Shown here: positions 26,456 to 37,374 of the stretch, piece after piece
Layout of the letters: the number at the start of each line of letters is the position of its first letter
Numbering within the stretch: position 1 is the first letter of the stretch
Origin: Planctomycetota bacterium
GTDB lineage: Bacteria; Planctomycetota; UBA8108; SXIK01
NCBI GenBank assembly: GCA_965223265.1
Contig: OZ244999.1
Location: 8,000,001-8,064,000, forward strand
Direction: 5' to 3'
Length of the DNA stretch: 64,000 nucleotides
Program-made: the position numbers and the translations under genes
The notes under the pieces: model-generated
The model's input: only the letters and a program-made list of their open reading frames with translations
Database searches by the model: none
Told to the model about the DNA's origin: nothing

Positions 26456-29400
26456 GTGGGTCGCTGGTGGGGAATCATCGTCGTGGTCGGCGTCTGCGGA
26501 GTGCTGAGCGGACCCCTGCACGCGCAGCTCTCATTGGCCATCACGGAGTTCGTCGCTGCCAATGCCGACGGTCTCCGCGACGTCGATGGCGATGCCGCGG
26601 ACTGGATCGAGATCTACAATTTCTCGGGCACGCCGCAGCCGCTGACGGGGTGGAGTCTGACCGATGCCCGTTCGGATCCGCGCAAGTGGGTCTTTCCTGA
26701 CGTCGAGCTCGCGGCGCGGTCGTTTCTCGTCGTCTTTGCTTCGGGCAAGGACAAGCTCGCGCCTGACGGCGAGCTCCACACGAACTTTCGGCTGCGTCGC
26801 GACGGCGAATATCTGGCTCTCGTCGACCCAGGTGGCGACGTGATTTCAGAGTTCGCGCCGCAGTACCCTGCGCAGCACCCGTTCGCAGCCTTCGGCCCAC
26901 GACTCGAGACGAGAACGCTGGGCGAGTGGCGCAGCGGCGATTTGAGGTACCTCGTGCCAACCGGCGAGGAGCTCAGCCTCGAGTGGGTGACTCCCGATTT
27001 CGACGACAGCGCATGGAGCCGAGCGCCTGCGCCCATCGGCTTCGATTTCACCGAAGAGTTGAAGGTCGCTCCTGCGGTGCGCACTGACGTCAGCGAAGGC
27101 ATGCTAGGCGTCAACCCCACCCTGTACGCGCGCCTGACGTTTGAAGTGGAGAGCGTGCTCGACGTGTCTTCCCTTCTCCTGCGCATGCGCTTCGACGACG
27201 GGTTCATCGCGTACCTCAACGGTGTTGAGGTGGCACGCGCGGCTGCACCTAGCGAGGCGGGATGGCGCTCCACGGCGACCTCCGAGCGGCCGGGGGCGCT
27301 CGCCGTTCAGTTCGAGCACTTCGCTCTACCGAGCGCGATCGAACACCTACGCACAGGAGAGAACGTTCTCGCGATTCATGCGCTCAATGCGATCGCGGCC
27401 GACCCGGACTTTCTCTTGGCACCGGAGATCGAGGTCGTGAGACTCCTGGGACTCGACGCTTCCGAGCACGAGTTTAGTGCCGAGCCCACGCCGGGGGCAG
27501 CGAATCGCCGCGGCTTTGCGCACGTGGCGCCGCCGCCAACGGCGTCGCACGCCGCCGGGGTTTACCATGACGCCTTGTCGTTATCCTTCGCCTCGTCGCT
27601 GGCAAACGCGACGATTCGCTTCACGACGGATGGCTCCGCGCCGACCGAGTTTTCGCCGGTTTTTTCAGCGCCGCTCCTCGTCGATGTCGACACAATCGTC
27701 AGGGCGCGCGTCTTCGCGCTTGACCATGTGCCGAGCCCTATCGGGACGCGCGAGTTCATTCTGCTCGACCCCGAGCTTCTCGACTTCTCGTCGAACCTGC
27801 CGGTGTTCGTCCTTAGCACTTTCGCGCGGCAACTCGACCGCCGCGAGTTCGCGCCGGCGCTCTTGGCGCTCTTCGAGCCGGAGGAGGACGGCGGGCAAGC
27901 ACGTCTGGCGGCGGCGCCCCACCTGACCCACTCCACCGGGCTGCGCGTCCGCGGCTCGAGTACGGGTCGCTCCGCGAAGAGCTCGTTCGCCGTCGAGATC
28001 TGGGACGACGACCAAGATGATGAAGCGCTGGAGATTCTTGGCATGCCGGCGAGCTCGGACTGGGTTCTCTACGGCGCTCTCGACTATGATCCGGCGCTCA
28101 TCCGCAACGACTTCATGTATGCGCTCAGTAACCGCATCGGGCGTTACGCCGTCCGTACTCAGTTCTGCGAGGTCTTCTCCAATCCACGCGGCGGGCGCAC
28201 ATCGATGGCGCACTACATGGGCGTCTATTCATTCATGGAGCGCATCAAGCTCGGCCCTGAGCGTGTCGACGTCGAGCCTCTCGGGCCGGCCGACAACGCG
28301 GAGCCGGAGATCAGCGGCGGCTACATGCTGAAGATCGACCGCGGCGCACCTGGAGACGTCGGCCTCGGCGCCGGCGGGCAGGGAATGCTTTTCGTCGAGC
28401 CGAAGCGACCGACCGCGGCGCAGAAGGCGTGGATCGAGTCGTACATCAACGAGTTCGCTGCCGTCCTCGATAGTGACGGGTTCACGGATCCGCAGAACGG
28501 CTACCACAAGTACATTGGCGTCGACGAGTGGATCGACCACCACATCCTCAACGAGTTCGCTCGGAATCCGGATGGTCTCGCGCTCAGCACGTATCTGTAC
28601 AAGCAGCGCGGCGGCAAGCTCAACTTCGGCCCGATTTGGGATTTCGATCGCACCATGGGTTCTATGGACGGGCGCTCGACGGACCCCTACAGTTGGCGAC
28701 CCGGAACGTTCACCGATTTTCGCTGGTGGAGTCGCCTCTTCACCGACCCCGCCTTTTGGGAAGCCTATAAGGCTCGCTGGGGAGAGCTCCGGCGCGGCCC
28801 GATGCGCACCGAGAATCTGCTCGCGCTGGTGGATTCGCTGGTCGAGACGATCGGCGAAGCCGGTACGCGCAATGAAGTGCGCTGGTTTAGCTCGCGCATA
28901 CCTGGCAGATGGATGGAGGAAGTCGAGCGGCTCAAGAGCTGGATCGAAGCCCGGGTCTTTTGGATCGATTCGCAGTTCGTTGCGCTGCCGCAGCTGAGCC
29001 ATCCCGGCGGTCGTGTCGACAGCGGCTTTGAGCTTGAGATCACAGCGGACGATGCGGGGGCGATCTACTACACGCTCGACGGCACGGATCCGCTCGTCGA
29101 CTTCGCAGTGTCGCCGAGCGCGACGCGCTACAGCGGGCCGATTCGCATCACGCGCAACGTGCGGGTGACGGCGCGCAGCCAGACGGGCGACGGGCGCTGG
29201 AGCGAAGCGGTGTCGGCGCCGTTCGTGGTCGAGCTGATGCCGCTGGTTGTCTCCGAGATCATGTACAACCCCCTTGAAGGTGCCAACCTGGAGTTCATCG
29301 AACTGGTGAACGCCGGCACGGAACCGGTGGACCTTGCGGGCGTGCGATTCGTCGCTGGGGTCGCATTCGACTTTTCGCGCCTCGACGACACAGCGCTGGC

Positions 29401-29989
29401 CCCGGGCGAGTATATCGTGGCGGCCCGGAGCGCTTCTGCGGTGAAGGCAAAATACGGAGACGTGGTGCGCGCCGTCGGGCCAGTGGGGGGATCGCTTCAC
29501 AATAGCGGCGAGGAGATTGTGCTCTTGGGACCGCTCGGGGAGGAGCTGCAGCGGTTTACTTACGACGGAACCTGGTTCACCGCTGCTCGTGAGCAGGGGC
29601 ACTCGATTGTGATCATCGACCCCAGCGGGCCGCCCTCCGCATGGAGCGAACGAGACGGCTGGCGGGCGAGCCTCGAGCCAGGCGGCTCACCCGGTCGATC
29701 TGAGGCCGATGAAACATCATCACGACGACTCGTCGGCGACGTCCACGCCGACGGCCGCCTCAACGTCGCCGACGCCATCGCGATTCTTCTTCACCTGACA
29801 CGGGGGGGCATCGACGCGTCGTGCAGCGAGGGGAGCAGCCGCAGCTTCGTGTTGGATGCTAGCGGCGATGGGAGCGTCGATCTCGGTGACGCCCTTCACC
29901 TCTTGAACTACTTGTTCCGCGGCGGCGAGGCGGGTGCGCTGAGCGACGGTTGCCGTGTGATCCCGGACTGCGCCGCGGCCTGTCCGTGA
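26456..29989 (+). CDS. Second lamin-tail-domain / CotH-kinase family protein with C-terminal dockerin-like domain
   Basis: AITEFVA...DWIEIYN LTD, RVRGSST...KSSF, SDWVL, RNDFMY, NPDG, GPIWDFD, C-terminal VGDVHADG...DALHLLNYLF. Start uncertain (frame open from 26141). Confidence 0.85.
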   Translation: MGRWWGIIVVVGVCGVLSGPLHAQLSLAITEFVAANADGLRDVDGDAADWIEIYNFSGTPQPLTGWSLTDARSDPRKWVFPDVELAARSFLVVFASGKDKLAPDGELHTNFRLRRDGEYLALVDPGGDVISEFAPQYPAQHPFAAFGPRLETRTLGEWRSGDLRYLVPTGEELSLEWVTPDFDDSAWSRAPAPIGFDFTEELKVAPAVRTDVSEGMLGVNPTLYARLTFEVESVLDVSSLLLRMRFDDGFIAYLNGVEVARAAAPSEAGWRSTATSERPGALAVQFEHFALPSAIEHLRTGENVLAIHALNAIAADPDFLLAPEIEVVRLLGLDASEHEFSAEPTPGAANRRGFAHVAPPPTASHAAGVYHDALSLSFASSLANATIRFTTDGSAPTEFSPVFSAPLLVDVDTIVRARVFALDHVPSPIGTREFILLDPELLDFSSNLPVFVLSTFARQLDRREFAPALLALFEPEEDGGQARLAAAPHLTHSTGLRVRGSSTGRSAKSSFAVEIWDDDQDDEALEILGMPASSDWVLYGALDYDPALIRNDFMYALSNRIGRYAVRTQFCEVFSNPRGGRTSMAHYMGVYSFMERIKLGPERVDVEPLGPADNAEPEISGGYMLKIDRGAPGDVGLGAGGQGMLFVEPKRPTAAQKAWIESYINEFAAVLDSDGFTDPQNGYHKYIGVDEWIDHHILNEFARNPDGLALSTYLYKQRGGKLNFGPIWDFDRTMGSMDGRSTDPYSWRPGTFTDFRWWSRLFTDPAFWEAYKARWGELRRGPMRTENLLALVDSLVETIGEAGTRNEVRWFSSRIPGRWMEEVERLKSWIEARVFWIDSQFVALPQLSHPGGRVDSGFELEITADDAGAIYYTLDGTDPLVDFAVSPSATRYSGPIRITRNVRVTARSQTGDGRWSEAVSAPFVVELMPLVVSEIMYNPLEGANLEFIELVNAGTEPVDLAGVRFVAGVAFDFSRLDDTALAPGEYIVAARSASAVKAKYGDVVRAVGPVGGSLHNSGEEIVLLGPLGEELQRFTYDGTWFTAAREQGHSIVIIDPSGPPSAWSERDGWRASLEPGGSPGRSEADETSSRRLVGDVHADGRLNVADAIAILLHLTRGGIDASCSEGSSRSFVLDASGDGSVDLGDALHLLNYLFRGGEAGALSDGCRVIPDCAAACP

Positions 29990-30260
29990 AGCGGTAGAAT
30001 CCATGCGCTGACGCCGAGGGCGGTCGGCACGATCGACGAGTCTTCCGTCCTGCCGCCTCGTGATGCGACGGACGTCTTCGATCGCGTGCTGAGGGGTGGT
30101 TCTTCGATTGCAGCGTCCGCCGCGCCTGTCGTACCCTGTGAGACCCGCCCACCGATCGACCGGGGCTGCACACCGCCTCCCGGTCGGGCGCCGGCGGGCC
30201 GAGCTCGCGCGGAGCGCGTGCGGGCCGATCCAACGACGCAAAAACCTGTAGGAGATCACC

Positions 30261-31034
30261 ATGGCGACGACGAACCTGTTTGATTTGAGCGGCCGCGTAG
30301 CACTTGTCACCGGTGGCAGCAAGGGACTCGGTAAGGCCATGGCGCGTGGCTTCGCGACTGCCGGTGCGGACGTCGTGATTTCGAGCCGTCACGAGGACGA
30401 GCTTCAGGCGGCGCTCGAAGAGATTCTGGCGGGGACGGGCTGTCGAGGCGAGTACATCGTCGCTGACTTGAGCGAACGTTCGGAGGTCAATCGACTCGCG
30501 GCCGCGGCGACGCAGAAGATGGGGCACGTTGATGTGCTGGTGAACAACGCTGGCAGCAACGTCCCGGAACCTATCGACGCCATCAAGGATGAGAATTGGG
30601 ACCGCATTGTGGAGCTCAACTTGAGCTCGTGCATGGCGCTGACGCGGGCACTCGTGCCGCAGATGAAAGAGCGTGGCTGGGGCCGTGTCATTCACATCTC
30701 TTCGGTGCTCGGACTCGGTTCGAAAGAGGCACGCAACGGCTACTCGGCGACGAAGTCCGGACTCATTGGTCTAGCCAGAGCAAGCGCGCTCGATCTTGGC
30801 GGCACGGGCATCACGGTGAACTGCATTGCCCCTGGACCGTTCCTTACGGACTTGCCGATGAGTCTCCTCAGCGACACCGAGAAAGAAGAGTTTGCCACTC
30901 GCACGGCGCTCGGGCGCTGGGGTGAGCCCGCGGAGATTGCCGGTGCCGCGCTCCTCCTTGGGAGTGACGCTGGCAGTTACATCACCGGTGAGACCATCGT
31001 CGTCGATGGCGGCGCTCTTGCGAAGGCGCTGTAA
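30261..31034 (+). CDS. SDR family oxidoreductase
   Basis: TGGSKGLG, LVNNAG, YSATK, YITGETIVVDGG. AGGAG RBS. Confidence 0.92.
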   Translation: MATTNLFDLSGRVALVTGGSKGLGKAMARGFATAGADVVISSRHEDELQAALEEILAGTGCRGEYIVADLSERSEVNRLAAAATQKMGHVDVLVNNAGSNVPEPIDAIKDENWDRIVELNLSSCMALTRALVPQMKERGWGRVIHISSVLGLGSKEARNGYSATKSGLIGLARASALDLGGTGITVNCIAPGPFLTDLPMSLLSDTEKEEFATRTALGRWGEPAEIAGAALLLGSDAGSYITGETIVVDGGALAKAL

Positions 31035-31396
31035 CGCGTCACTCGAGTTCGGCCATTTCGCGCCCACCAGCTCAGCCGCGACGGCTCGCGTCACGTTCTC
31101 TTGAAGACCTTGCGGAGAAGGCGATCTTCGAGACGGGGGCTCGAGATGATCGGATGGACTAGTGTCCTGATTCAGAAGTTCGTTCAATATCGAGTCGGTC
31201 GAGACCGGTGTCAACGGGCTGTCAACCGACGGCCGCGAAGAGCCTCAGCAGAACGAAACAAAGGGAACGAAGTCGCTGGACTGCTTGTCTGTGTTGCCTT
31301 CGTTTCCTTTTGGTGGCGTGAGACTTCTTGCTCGAGCAGTCGGCTCACCGCGCTGTGTTGCCGCCGCCAATCCGGACGCGAAGCTTCCTACATGCT

Positions 31397-32506
31397 TCAC
31401 GAGTAGCTTTTTCCGAACCCCTGAATCGTCTGCAGGATACGCTGCGCGCGGGCGACATGCGCGGGGTCGGTCTCGCTCTCGACGTAGAGTTTCAGAAAGC
31501 GGCGCGACTTGTTGAACGTTCGATTGAAGAAATGAATGTAGCCGAGGTTGAAGTACGTCTCGCTCGTGATGTCTTCGTTGGGATGCGTGGCGACGTGATG
31601 TTCAAACACGCGTGCGGCTTTGTCGAACTGCTTGCGACGTAAGAAGTGCTCGCCCAACTTCCGCTCCATGTCGCTCTGAAACTCCGCGCTGCCGGTGCGT
31701 TCGATCGATGCGATGTACGCAGCGTAGGCACCGTCGAAGTCCTTCGCCTTGAGGAGCTCGTGGATCGTTGAGGAATCTGCGGTCGTCTGGCCCGCGTCGT
31801 CGTCGAACTCAGCCGTCTTGAGCGCTTCCTCGTCAACAACCAGTGCGTACTCGCGATCAGTCTCGACTTCCGTCTCCTCCACTTCGCCGGTGAGCCGATC
31901 GGCAACGTCACGAACTTTGATCTTCGTGGTCGAATACTTGGCCTTGGAGCTGCTCTTCTCTTCGCTCCCTCCGGCGTCTTCGTCGTCGTCGAGCTCGAAG
32001 AACGCGGGCTCACCGCGTGCGTTCTTCGAGCGACCCAGGAAGATCCACGCCATGACCGCCACGATTCCAGCGCCCAGGATGGTGACGATCCAGACGCTGT
32101 TTCGACGGATGAACTCGACCAGCTGCTGGAAGTGCCGCTTTGTGCCTTGCCTTGAAGTCGAGGCTTTCGTCGCTTCGCTATCGGCCGCCGCCGACTTGTT
32201 TTTGGAATCGCCGCGCGGATCTTTTCCTTCGGTCCGCCGTTGAGCGCGCCGTTGGCTCGACTTGGCGGCGCGTCTTTGTTCCTCGCGCTTTTTTCGAGCG
32301 GCCGTCGGATCGAGGCGATTGCGCAGTCGCTCGCGGGCGTTCCGACTGGCGGCGTCGCGCTTGGGCTGTGTCGCGTCGCTTCTTTTCGGTTGTGATTGTG
32401 CCAGTAAGACGCTAGAGTTCCGACCTTGGTCGAGCGGCGTGAGCCAGCACAGCGACAGGGTCAGCAGAGTCAGGATGGGTGGGGCTGCATGGCGGAGTCG
32501 AGTCAT
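31397..32506 (-). CDS. Membrane-anchored protein with C-terminal TPR repeats
   Basis: Signal peptide, basic low-complexity region, TM helix, TPR-like LGEHF...AARVF and YFNLGYIHF. Confidence 0.7.
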   Translation of the reverse strand: MTRLRHAAPPILTLLTLSLCWLTPLDQGRNSSVLLAQSQPKRSDATQPKRDAASRNARERLRNRLDPTAARKKREEQRRAAKSSQRRAQRRTEGKDPRGDSKNKSAAADSEATKASTSRQGTKRHFQQLVEFIRRNSVWIVTILGAGIVAVMAWIFLGRSKNARGEPAFFELDDDEDAGGSEEKSSSKAKYSTTKIKVRDVADRLTGEVEETEVETDREYALVVDEEALKTAEFDDDAGQTTADSSTIHELLKAKDFDGAYAAYIASIERTGSAEFQSDMERKLGEHFLRRKQFDKAARVFEHHVATHPNEDITSETYFNLGYIHFFNRTFNKSRRFLKLYVESETDPAHVARAQRILQTIQGFGKSYS

Positions 32507-32851
32507 CGGGCGTTTGCGCCTTGGAGCTGTCGTTGGGAGTGGAGCGCCGAGCGGTTTTCTGAAGCCGGAGGGCGAATTCGTTGCCCAATCACTACGGGCC
32601 GCCGTTTTCCGCTGGCTCCGTTCTCGGCTGGATCGGACTGTCGGGAAAGGTTTCCGAAGATTGGGAATTGGACTCTGGGAAGACGTTCTGGAGTCAACGT
32701 CAGGAGCGTGGCGTCCGGGGAGTCATTTCTACGGTTCGCGCGCTCGGAGGTGGGGGGAACACCCTGCGCTCGGGTATTCTTAACCCGATCATACCAGGAA
32801 CTCCACCGAGCAGAACTGCACATTTCTTGAAGACTCCGCGAAACTGAGCGT

Positions 32852-33877
32852 ATGTCTCTCCCGGTACTCGAGTTGCGAGGCGTGGCGCAGCGCTACGGGC
32901 GTCACGAGGTCCTCCGTGAGCTCGACTTGAGCGTCGCGTCGGGCGAGATCTATGGCCTTCTTGGTCTCAACGGTGCCGGCAAAACGACCGCGCTCCGTCT
33001 TCTTCTCGGCATGATGCGCCCCGATGCTGGAGAGGTTCGGCTTCTTGGTCGAACTGCCCGAGACGCTGAGGTCCGGCGTCAGGTTGGCGTCTTGTTCGAA
33101 GACTACGCCGCCTATCCGTACCTCACCGGGCGGCAGCAACTCAGAGCGGTGGCGCGCCTCCATGGTGTTTCCGGAACCGAGCTGCGCCAAGCCGTGGAGT
33201 TTTGGCTCGACCGCGTCGGCCTGGGCGGCGCAGCCAACGAGAGAGTTCGGCGCTATTCGCTTGGCATGGTCAGGCGCCTTGGGATCGCGGCGGCCCTCGT
33301 GCACTCACCGCGGGTCGTCTTCTTTGACGAGCCGACCAACGGCCTCGACCCACAGGGGATCCAGGAGCTGCGGGAGTTGGTACTGGCGCTCAACCGCGAG
33401 TCACAGACGACCTTCTTCATCTCGAGCCATATCTTGAGCGAGGTCGAGAAGGTGTGCGATCGCGTTGGGATTCTGCACTGCGCGCGCGTCGTTCGCGAAG
33501 GCACGATCGCAGAGTTGACCGGCGTGCCGCGTGCAACCTCCGGGGGCAAGGGTGCACGACCGCGACGCTATTCTCTGCGCGTCGACGACACCGCGGCGGT
33601 GCGGGGAATTGTGGAGTCGATGGAAGGCGTCGAGTTGCTCGCGTCCGAACCGATCGCTCCAGGGCCCGACACCCGCCGTGGCGTCGAGCTGATCCTGACG
33701 CTGCCGGAGACGGCGGCCCCCGAATTGGTGCGCAGGCTTGTTAGCGCCGGCGCCTCGATATACGCGCTGACGCTGCGCGAGCGCAGCCTGGAAGATGTTT
33801 TTCGTGCTGTCGTCACCGCCGAGGCGTCCGCGCCGAGCGGCGGCGATGTGACGCCCGCCAGCAGGGGGTCGACGTGA
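32852..33877 (+). CDS. ABC-2 type transporter ATP-binding protein
   Basis: GLNGAGKTT, YSLGM signature, FFDEPTNGLDP, SSH, C-terminal SLEDVF. Confidence 0.92.
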   Translation: MSLPVLELRGVAQRYGRHEVLRELDLSVASGEIYGLLGLNGAGKTTALRLLLGMMRPDAGEVRLLGRTARDAEVRRQVGVLFEDYAAYPYLTGRQQLRAVARLHGVSGTELRQAVEFWLDRVGLGGAANERVRRYSLGMVRRLGIAAALVHSPRVVFFDEPTNGLDPQGIQELRELVLALNRESQTTFFISSHILSEVEKVCDRVGILHCARVVREGTIAELTGVPRATSGGKGARPRRYSLRVDDTAAVRGIVESMEGVELLASEPIAPGPDTRRGVELILTLPETAAPELVRRLVSAGASIYALTLRERSLEDVFRAVVTAEASAPSGGDVTPASRGST

Positions 33878-34707
33878 AGCTGCGTCAGCTCTTGTCTCTT
33901 GAGGCGACGAAGATGACCCGCCAGCGGCTGTCGCAGGTGACGCTCTTCGTACCGCTCGCGCTCGCCGCCAGCCTGCCGCAGCTCTTTTGGCTTCTTGAGA
34001 GCATCGCTCCCGAGGGCGGGTTCGAAGTGCTGACGCGGACGTTCGAGCTGACCCTGCTGCTCGCCTGTTATCTCTTGCTGCTGCAGTCGGCGGCGTCGGT
34101 GGCCGGCGAGTACCAAGACGGAACACTGCGAAACCTTCTCGTCACTCCGGCGCGGCGCAGCGAAATCGTCCTGGCGCGATGGATCGCATTGAGCGTGACG
34201 GCGCTGATCGTTCTGGTCACGGTCAGCATCGTCGCGGCGGCATCGACGGCGCTGCATTTTTCGTTCGACGATGTCTATGAAGAGGCGATCGAGCCGCTCG
34301 CCGAGGCTTCAGAGTTGCGGGACTTCTCGGTGGTGAGCATTCTTCACCTGATCCTGCCCCTCTGTGCTTTGGTATCGTTCGGGCTTTGCCTTTCGTTTTT
34401 TAGCTCGGCGCCGGCGCCGGCGGCCGCGGCTGCTCTCGGCGGTCTGCTCATCCTCGATATCGTCAAGTCCATCCTCCCAGCCGGCAGTGCGGCGCGGCGT
34501 TACTTGGTGAATAGTTACTTGCCAACGCTTTTCGACGAGACATCCTATCTGCAGGGCACCGCCGCCTACGCGAGAGGTTTTGCGGACCGCTTGTGGCTGC
34601 CCGACGCGCCGGAGCACAGCTTCGCGGTGATGGTGCCAGTCGCCACGGCGGTGCTGTTTGTCGGCGTTTCGCTCCTGCTCTTTTCACGACGCAGTTTTGT
34701 CAAGTGA
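33874..34707 (+). CDS. ABC-2 type transporter permease
   Basis: AGEYQDGTLRNLLVTPARR motif, 6 TM helices, GTGA overlap with the ATPase gene. Confidence 0.85.
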   Translation: MKLRQLLSLEATKMTRQRLSQVTLFVPLALAASLPQLFWLLESIAPEGGFEVLTRTFELTLLLACYLLLLQSAASVAGEYQDGTLRNLLVTPARRSEIVLARWIALSVTALIVLVTVSIVAAASTALHFSFDDVYEEAIEPLAEASELRDFSVVSILHLILPLCALVSFGLCLSFFSSAPAPAAAAALGGLLILDIVKSILPAGSAARRYLVNSYLPTLFDETSYLQGTAAYARGFADRLWLPDAPEHSFAVMVPVATAVLFVGVSLLLFSRRSFVK

Positions 34708-34969
34708 CGGATACCCCCGGCGCCACCAACAAAGTGACCGCGGTAGGACCAGTGACCGGTAGAACCATCGCTTCGCTCGGCGGAGAGCTTGGCGTGTTCG
34801 TCTCGTCGTCGGAAGGGGCCGAAAGGTCTTTGGAATACAGTCAACGCGCTCGGCGTTGCCGGCGCACAACGGCTGAGCTCACGGCGAGCAGTGGAACTGC
34901 CGGCCGGACCTGTGGGCACGCGGCGCGGCGCGACAGACACCACCACCAGCCCTCGAGAATGCGCAGCCC

Positions 34970-35851
34970 ATGACTCCCGCCATCTGCAGCTTATCCCTGA
35001 TCCTCTGGACGAGCGCGCCAGCGCCTGAGAGCTACTTTGGGGCTCACACGTCGCTGCCGCAATTCTCGGCGGAGGTCGATGAGTTTGACGGTGACGACGA
35101 AGTCGCGGGCGGCGTCCTCGTGTTTGCGGTCGTGGAGAACTCGCCAGCTGCGCAGGCAGGACTGCAGCCCGGCGACCGCGTTGTCGCCTTCAACGACCAC
35201 CCTGTGCGCAGCCCGGCGCAGCTTCAGCAGCTCGTGCGCGCCACGACGATCGGCGCTGATGTCGTCACCCGTGTCGTCCGCGATGACCGTCTCCTCGATT
35301 TGAAGTCCCGGACCGTGCGGCGGCTCGTGCCGCGGATCGAGCCCTCTGTGCGCGGTCATATCGAGTCGCGACGGCTGGGAGTTGTCGTCGAGGACGTGCG
35401 TGCCGCGGCGAGCGAAACAGCCGGGCTTGCAGGCGTCCGCGGCGTGCGCCTGCGTCGCCTGCTCAAGGGCAGTCCCGTGTCGCCTAAGAGACTGCGGCGT
35501 GGCGATCTGATACTCGCGGTTAACGATGAGAACGTGTACGGCGGGGAAGATTTTCTCGTCCTCGTGGATCGGCTCGGCGGCGGCGAGAAGGTGGAGCTCG
35601 GCGTGCGACGCGGCGAGCAAGATCTCAATGTCAAGCTCACGACCCGCGACCCGGGAGCGCACATCGCGGAGTTCAGTTTGCCGCTTCTTATCGATTACGA
35701 GCGCGAGCCGCATCGTCGTCGCACGAAGTTCGGCCTGTTGCCGTTCGACATGATCAAGTACGAGCGCAACGAAAACGAGCGCGAGTACTGTATTCTCTGG
35801 TTCATCTGCTGTCAGACCGGCTCGAACGATGAGCTCGAGGAGATGGAATGA
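34970..35851 (+). CDS. Exported tandem-PDZ domain protein without a protease domain
   Basis: VVENSPAAQAGLQPGDRVVAFND and LLKGSPV...RGDLILAVND. Confidence 0.8.
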   Translation: MTPAICSLSLILWTSAPAPESYFGAHTSLPQFSAEVDEFDGDDEVAGGVLVFAVVENSPAAQAGLQPGDRVVAFNDHPVRSPAQLQQLVRATTIGADVVTRVVRDDRLLDLKSRTVRRLVPRIEPSVRGHIESRRLGVVVEDVRAAASETAGLAGVRGVRLRRLLKGSPVSPKRLRRGDLILAVNDENVYGGEDFLVLVDRLGGGEKVELGVRRGEQDLNVKLTTRDPGAHIAEFSLPLLIDYEREPHRRRTKFGLLPFDMIKYERNENEREYCILWFICCQTGSNDELEEME

Positions 35852-37374
35852 GTCCGGGGCCGTCAGCTTTTCACCGCCGGCGAGGGGCGGTCAGCTCGAG
35901 ACGATACCAAGCTCTTCGAGCTGCCTGCCTGACGATCACGCTTGGCGCTGCTCCGCTCGCCTTCCTTGGCGCTGCCGAAGAGATCTTCGTCGCCGGCGAG
36001 ATCTCGGCGCTGCTTCTTCGTGACATCGATCTCGATGGGCGTGACGATATCTTGGTTTCGTTTGCTGCCTCGGGGCAGCGTTCAGTGGCGCTGTTTCGCA
36101 ATCAGAAACGGTTTTCGGCCGCGCCCGACCAGGTGGTGCCGATCGATCCGCAGGCGATCTTTTTCGCGGTGCGCGATTACGACCCCGCTCCCGGGCTGGA
36201 GCTCGTTCTGATGTCGCGCTCCAGCGGGGTTCTCCTGCCGCTCGTGGGGACCGCGCCGCCGCGTCGTCTGCTCGCCTGTGAGGCGTTTTTCAATCTACCG
36301 AGCCGCGAGGAGCTGCCGGCCTGGTTTTCGACGCTGCCGCTCGATCTTGACGCCGACGGCACCGAGGACTTCATCGTCGCCGAACGGGATCGTCTGAAGC
36401 TCCTCTTTGGGCCGCCACGTCCGGCTCGCGACTTCGCATGGGGCGGTGACGTTGGAATCGATCTCGCGGTTCAGTTTTACACACTCGTCGATGGGCGCCA
36501 GGAGCGCATTCGTCGATCGGTGGCGGACTTTGCCGGTCTGTCAGGCGACGACGACTACCTCCTTCAGAGCGCCGGCGCATTTCCTTTTCCGATCTTCAAA
36601 GACTTCGACGGTAACGGTCTGACCGACGTGATCGTGAAGACCGCAGGTCGCCGCCTCGACATTCACTTTCAGACGCAGCCGCGTCGCTTCTCGCGGCGAT
36701 CGCTCGGCGAACAGAAGTGGCTCAAGGGGACCTCGAGCGTGTCGTTTCGGGACGTGAACGGCGATGGCAAACTCGACGTGATCGCTTCGCAGCTTCTCCT
36801 GCGCGACCTCGCCACGGAGGTGCGGGTCTATTTACAGGACCCCGCCGACGAGGAGCTCGGCCTCGGTCGCCCCCACCAGATTCTGCGTTCAAGCGGCTTC
36901 TTCTCGCGGCCGCGGTTTGGGGACAGCAGCGGGGACGGCCGCGCCGATCTGATCGTGACTCCGTACCGTGTGGACCTTCTCGAGCAGCTGAAGCGTGAGA
37001 CGGTTGACGAAGTGGAGATCTCGTACCAAGTGTACGAAGCCGCCGCGAGCGGCGGTTTCAAGAGACGGCCAACGATGCAGCGCGATTTCGTCGTCCGCAC
37101 CGGCGTTCTTGAGGCGAGCGACGAGGCGCCGATCGTCTGCGATCAGGATTTCGATGGCGACGGCCGTGTCGATGTTCTTTACATTGACCGCGGTGGGCTC
37201 CTTCGCCTTGAGTGCGTGCGTGGTGAGGCGAGCTTAGAGGAGGAACGTAGCGCTGCCGCGCGAGTTCGAAATCCCCGCCGCATCCGCACCGGAGATCTCG
37301 ACGCGCGCCCGGGGGTCGAAGCTCTTCTCGTGTTCGAGCGCTCAGTTCAGATTCACCGGTTGCAGAGCCCATGA
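35848..37374 (+). CDS. FG-GAP/VCBS repeat protein
   Basis: Repeated DxDxDGxxD motifs, signal peptide, ATGA overlap. Confidence 0.8.
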   Translation: MSPGPSAFHRRRGAVSSRRYQALRAACLTITLGAAPLAFLGAAEEIFVAGEISALLLRDIDLDGRDDILVSFAASGQRSVALFRNQKRFSAAPDQVVPIDPQAIFFAVRDYDPAPGLELVLMSRSSGVLLPLVGTAPPRRLLACEAFFNLPSREELPAWFSTLPLDLDADGTEDFIVAERDRLKLLFGPPRPARDFAWGGDVGIDLAVQFYTLVDGRQERIRRSVADFAGLSGDDDYLLQSAGAFPFPIFKDFDGNGLTDVIVKTAGRRLDIHFQTQPRRFSRRSLGEQKWLKGTSSVSFRDVNGDGKLDVIASQLLLRDLATEVRVYLQDPADEELGLGRPHQILRSSGFFSRPRFGDSSGDGRADLIVTPYRVDLLEQLKRETVDEVEISYQVYEAAASGGFKRRPTMQRDFVVRTGVLEASDEAPIVCDQDFDGDGRVDVLYIDRGGLLRLECVRGEASLEEERSAAARVRNPRRIRTGDLDARPGVEALLVFERSVQIHRLQSP

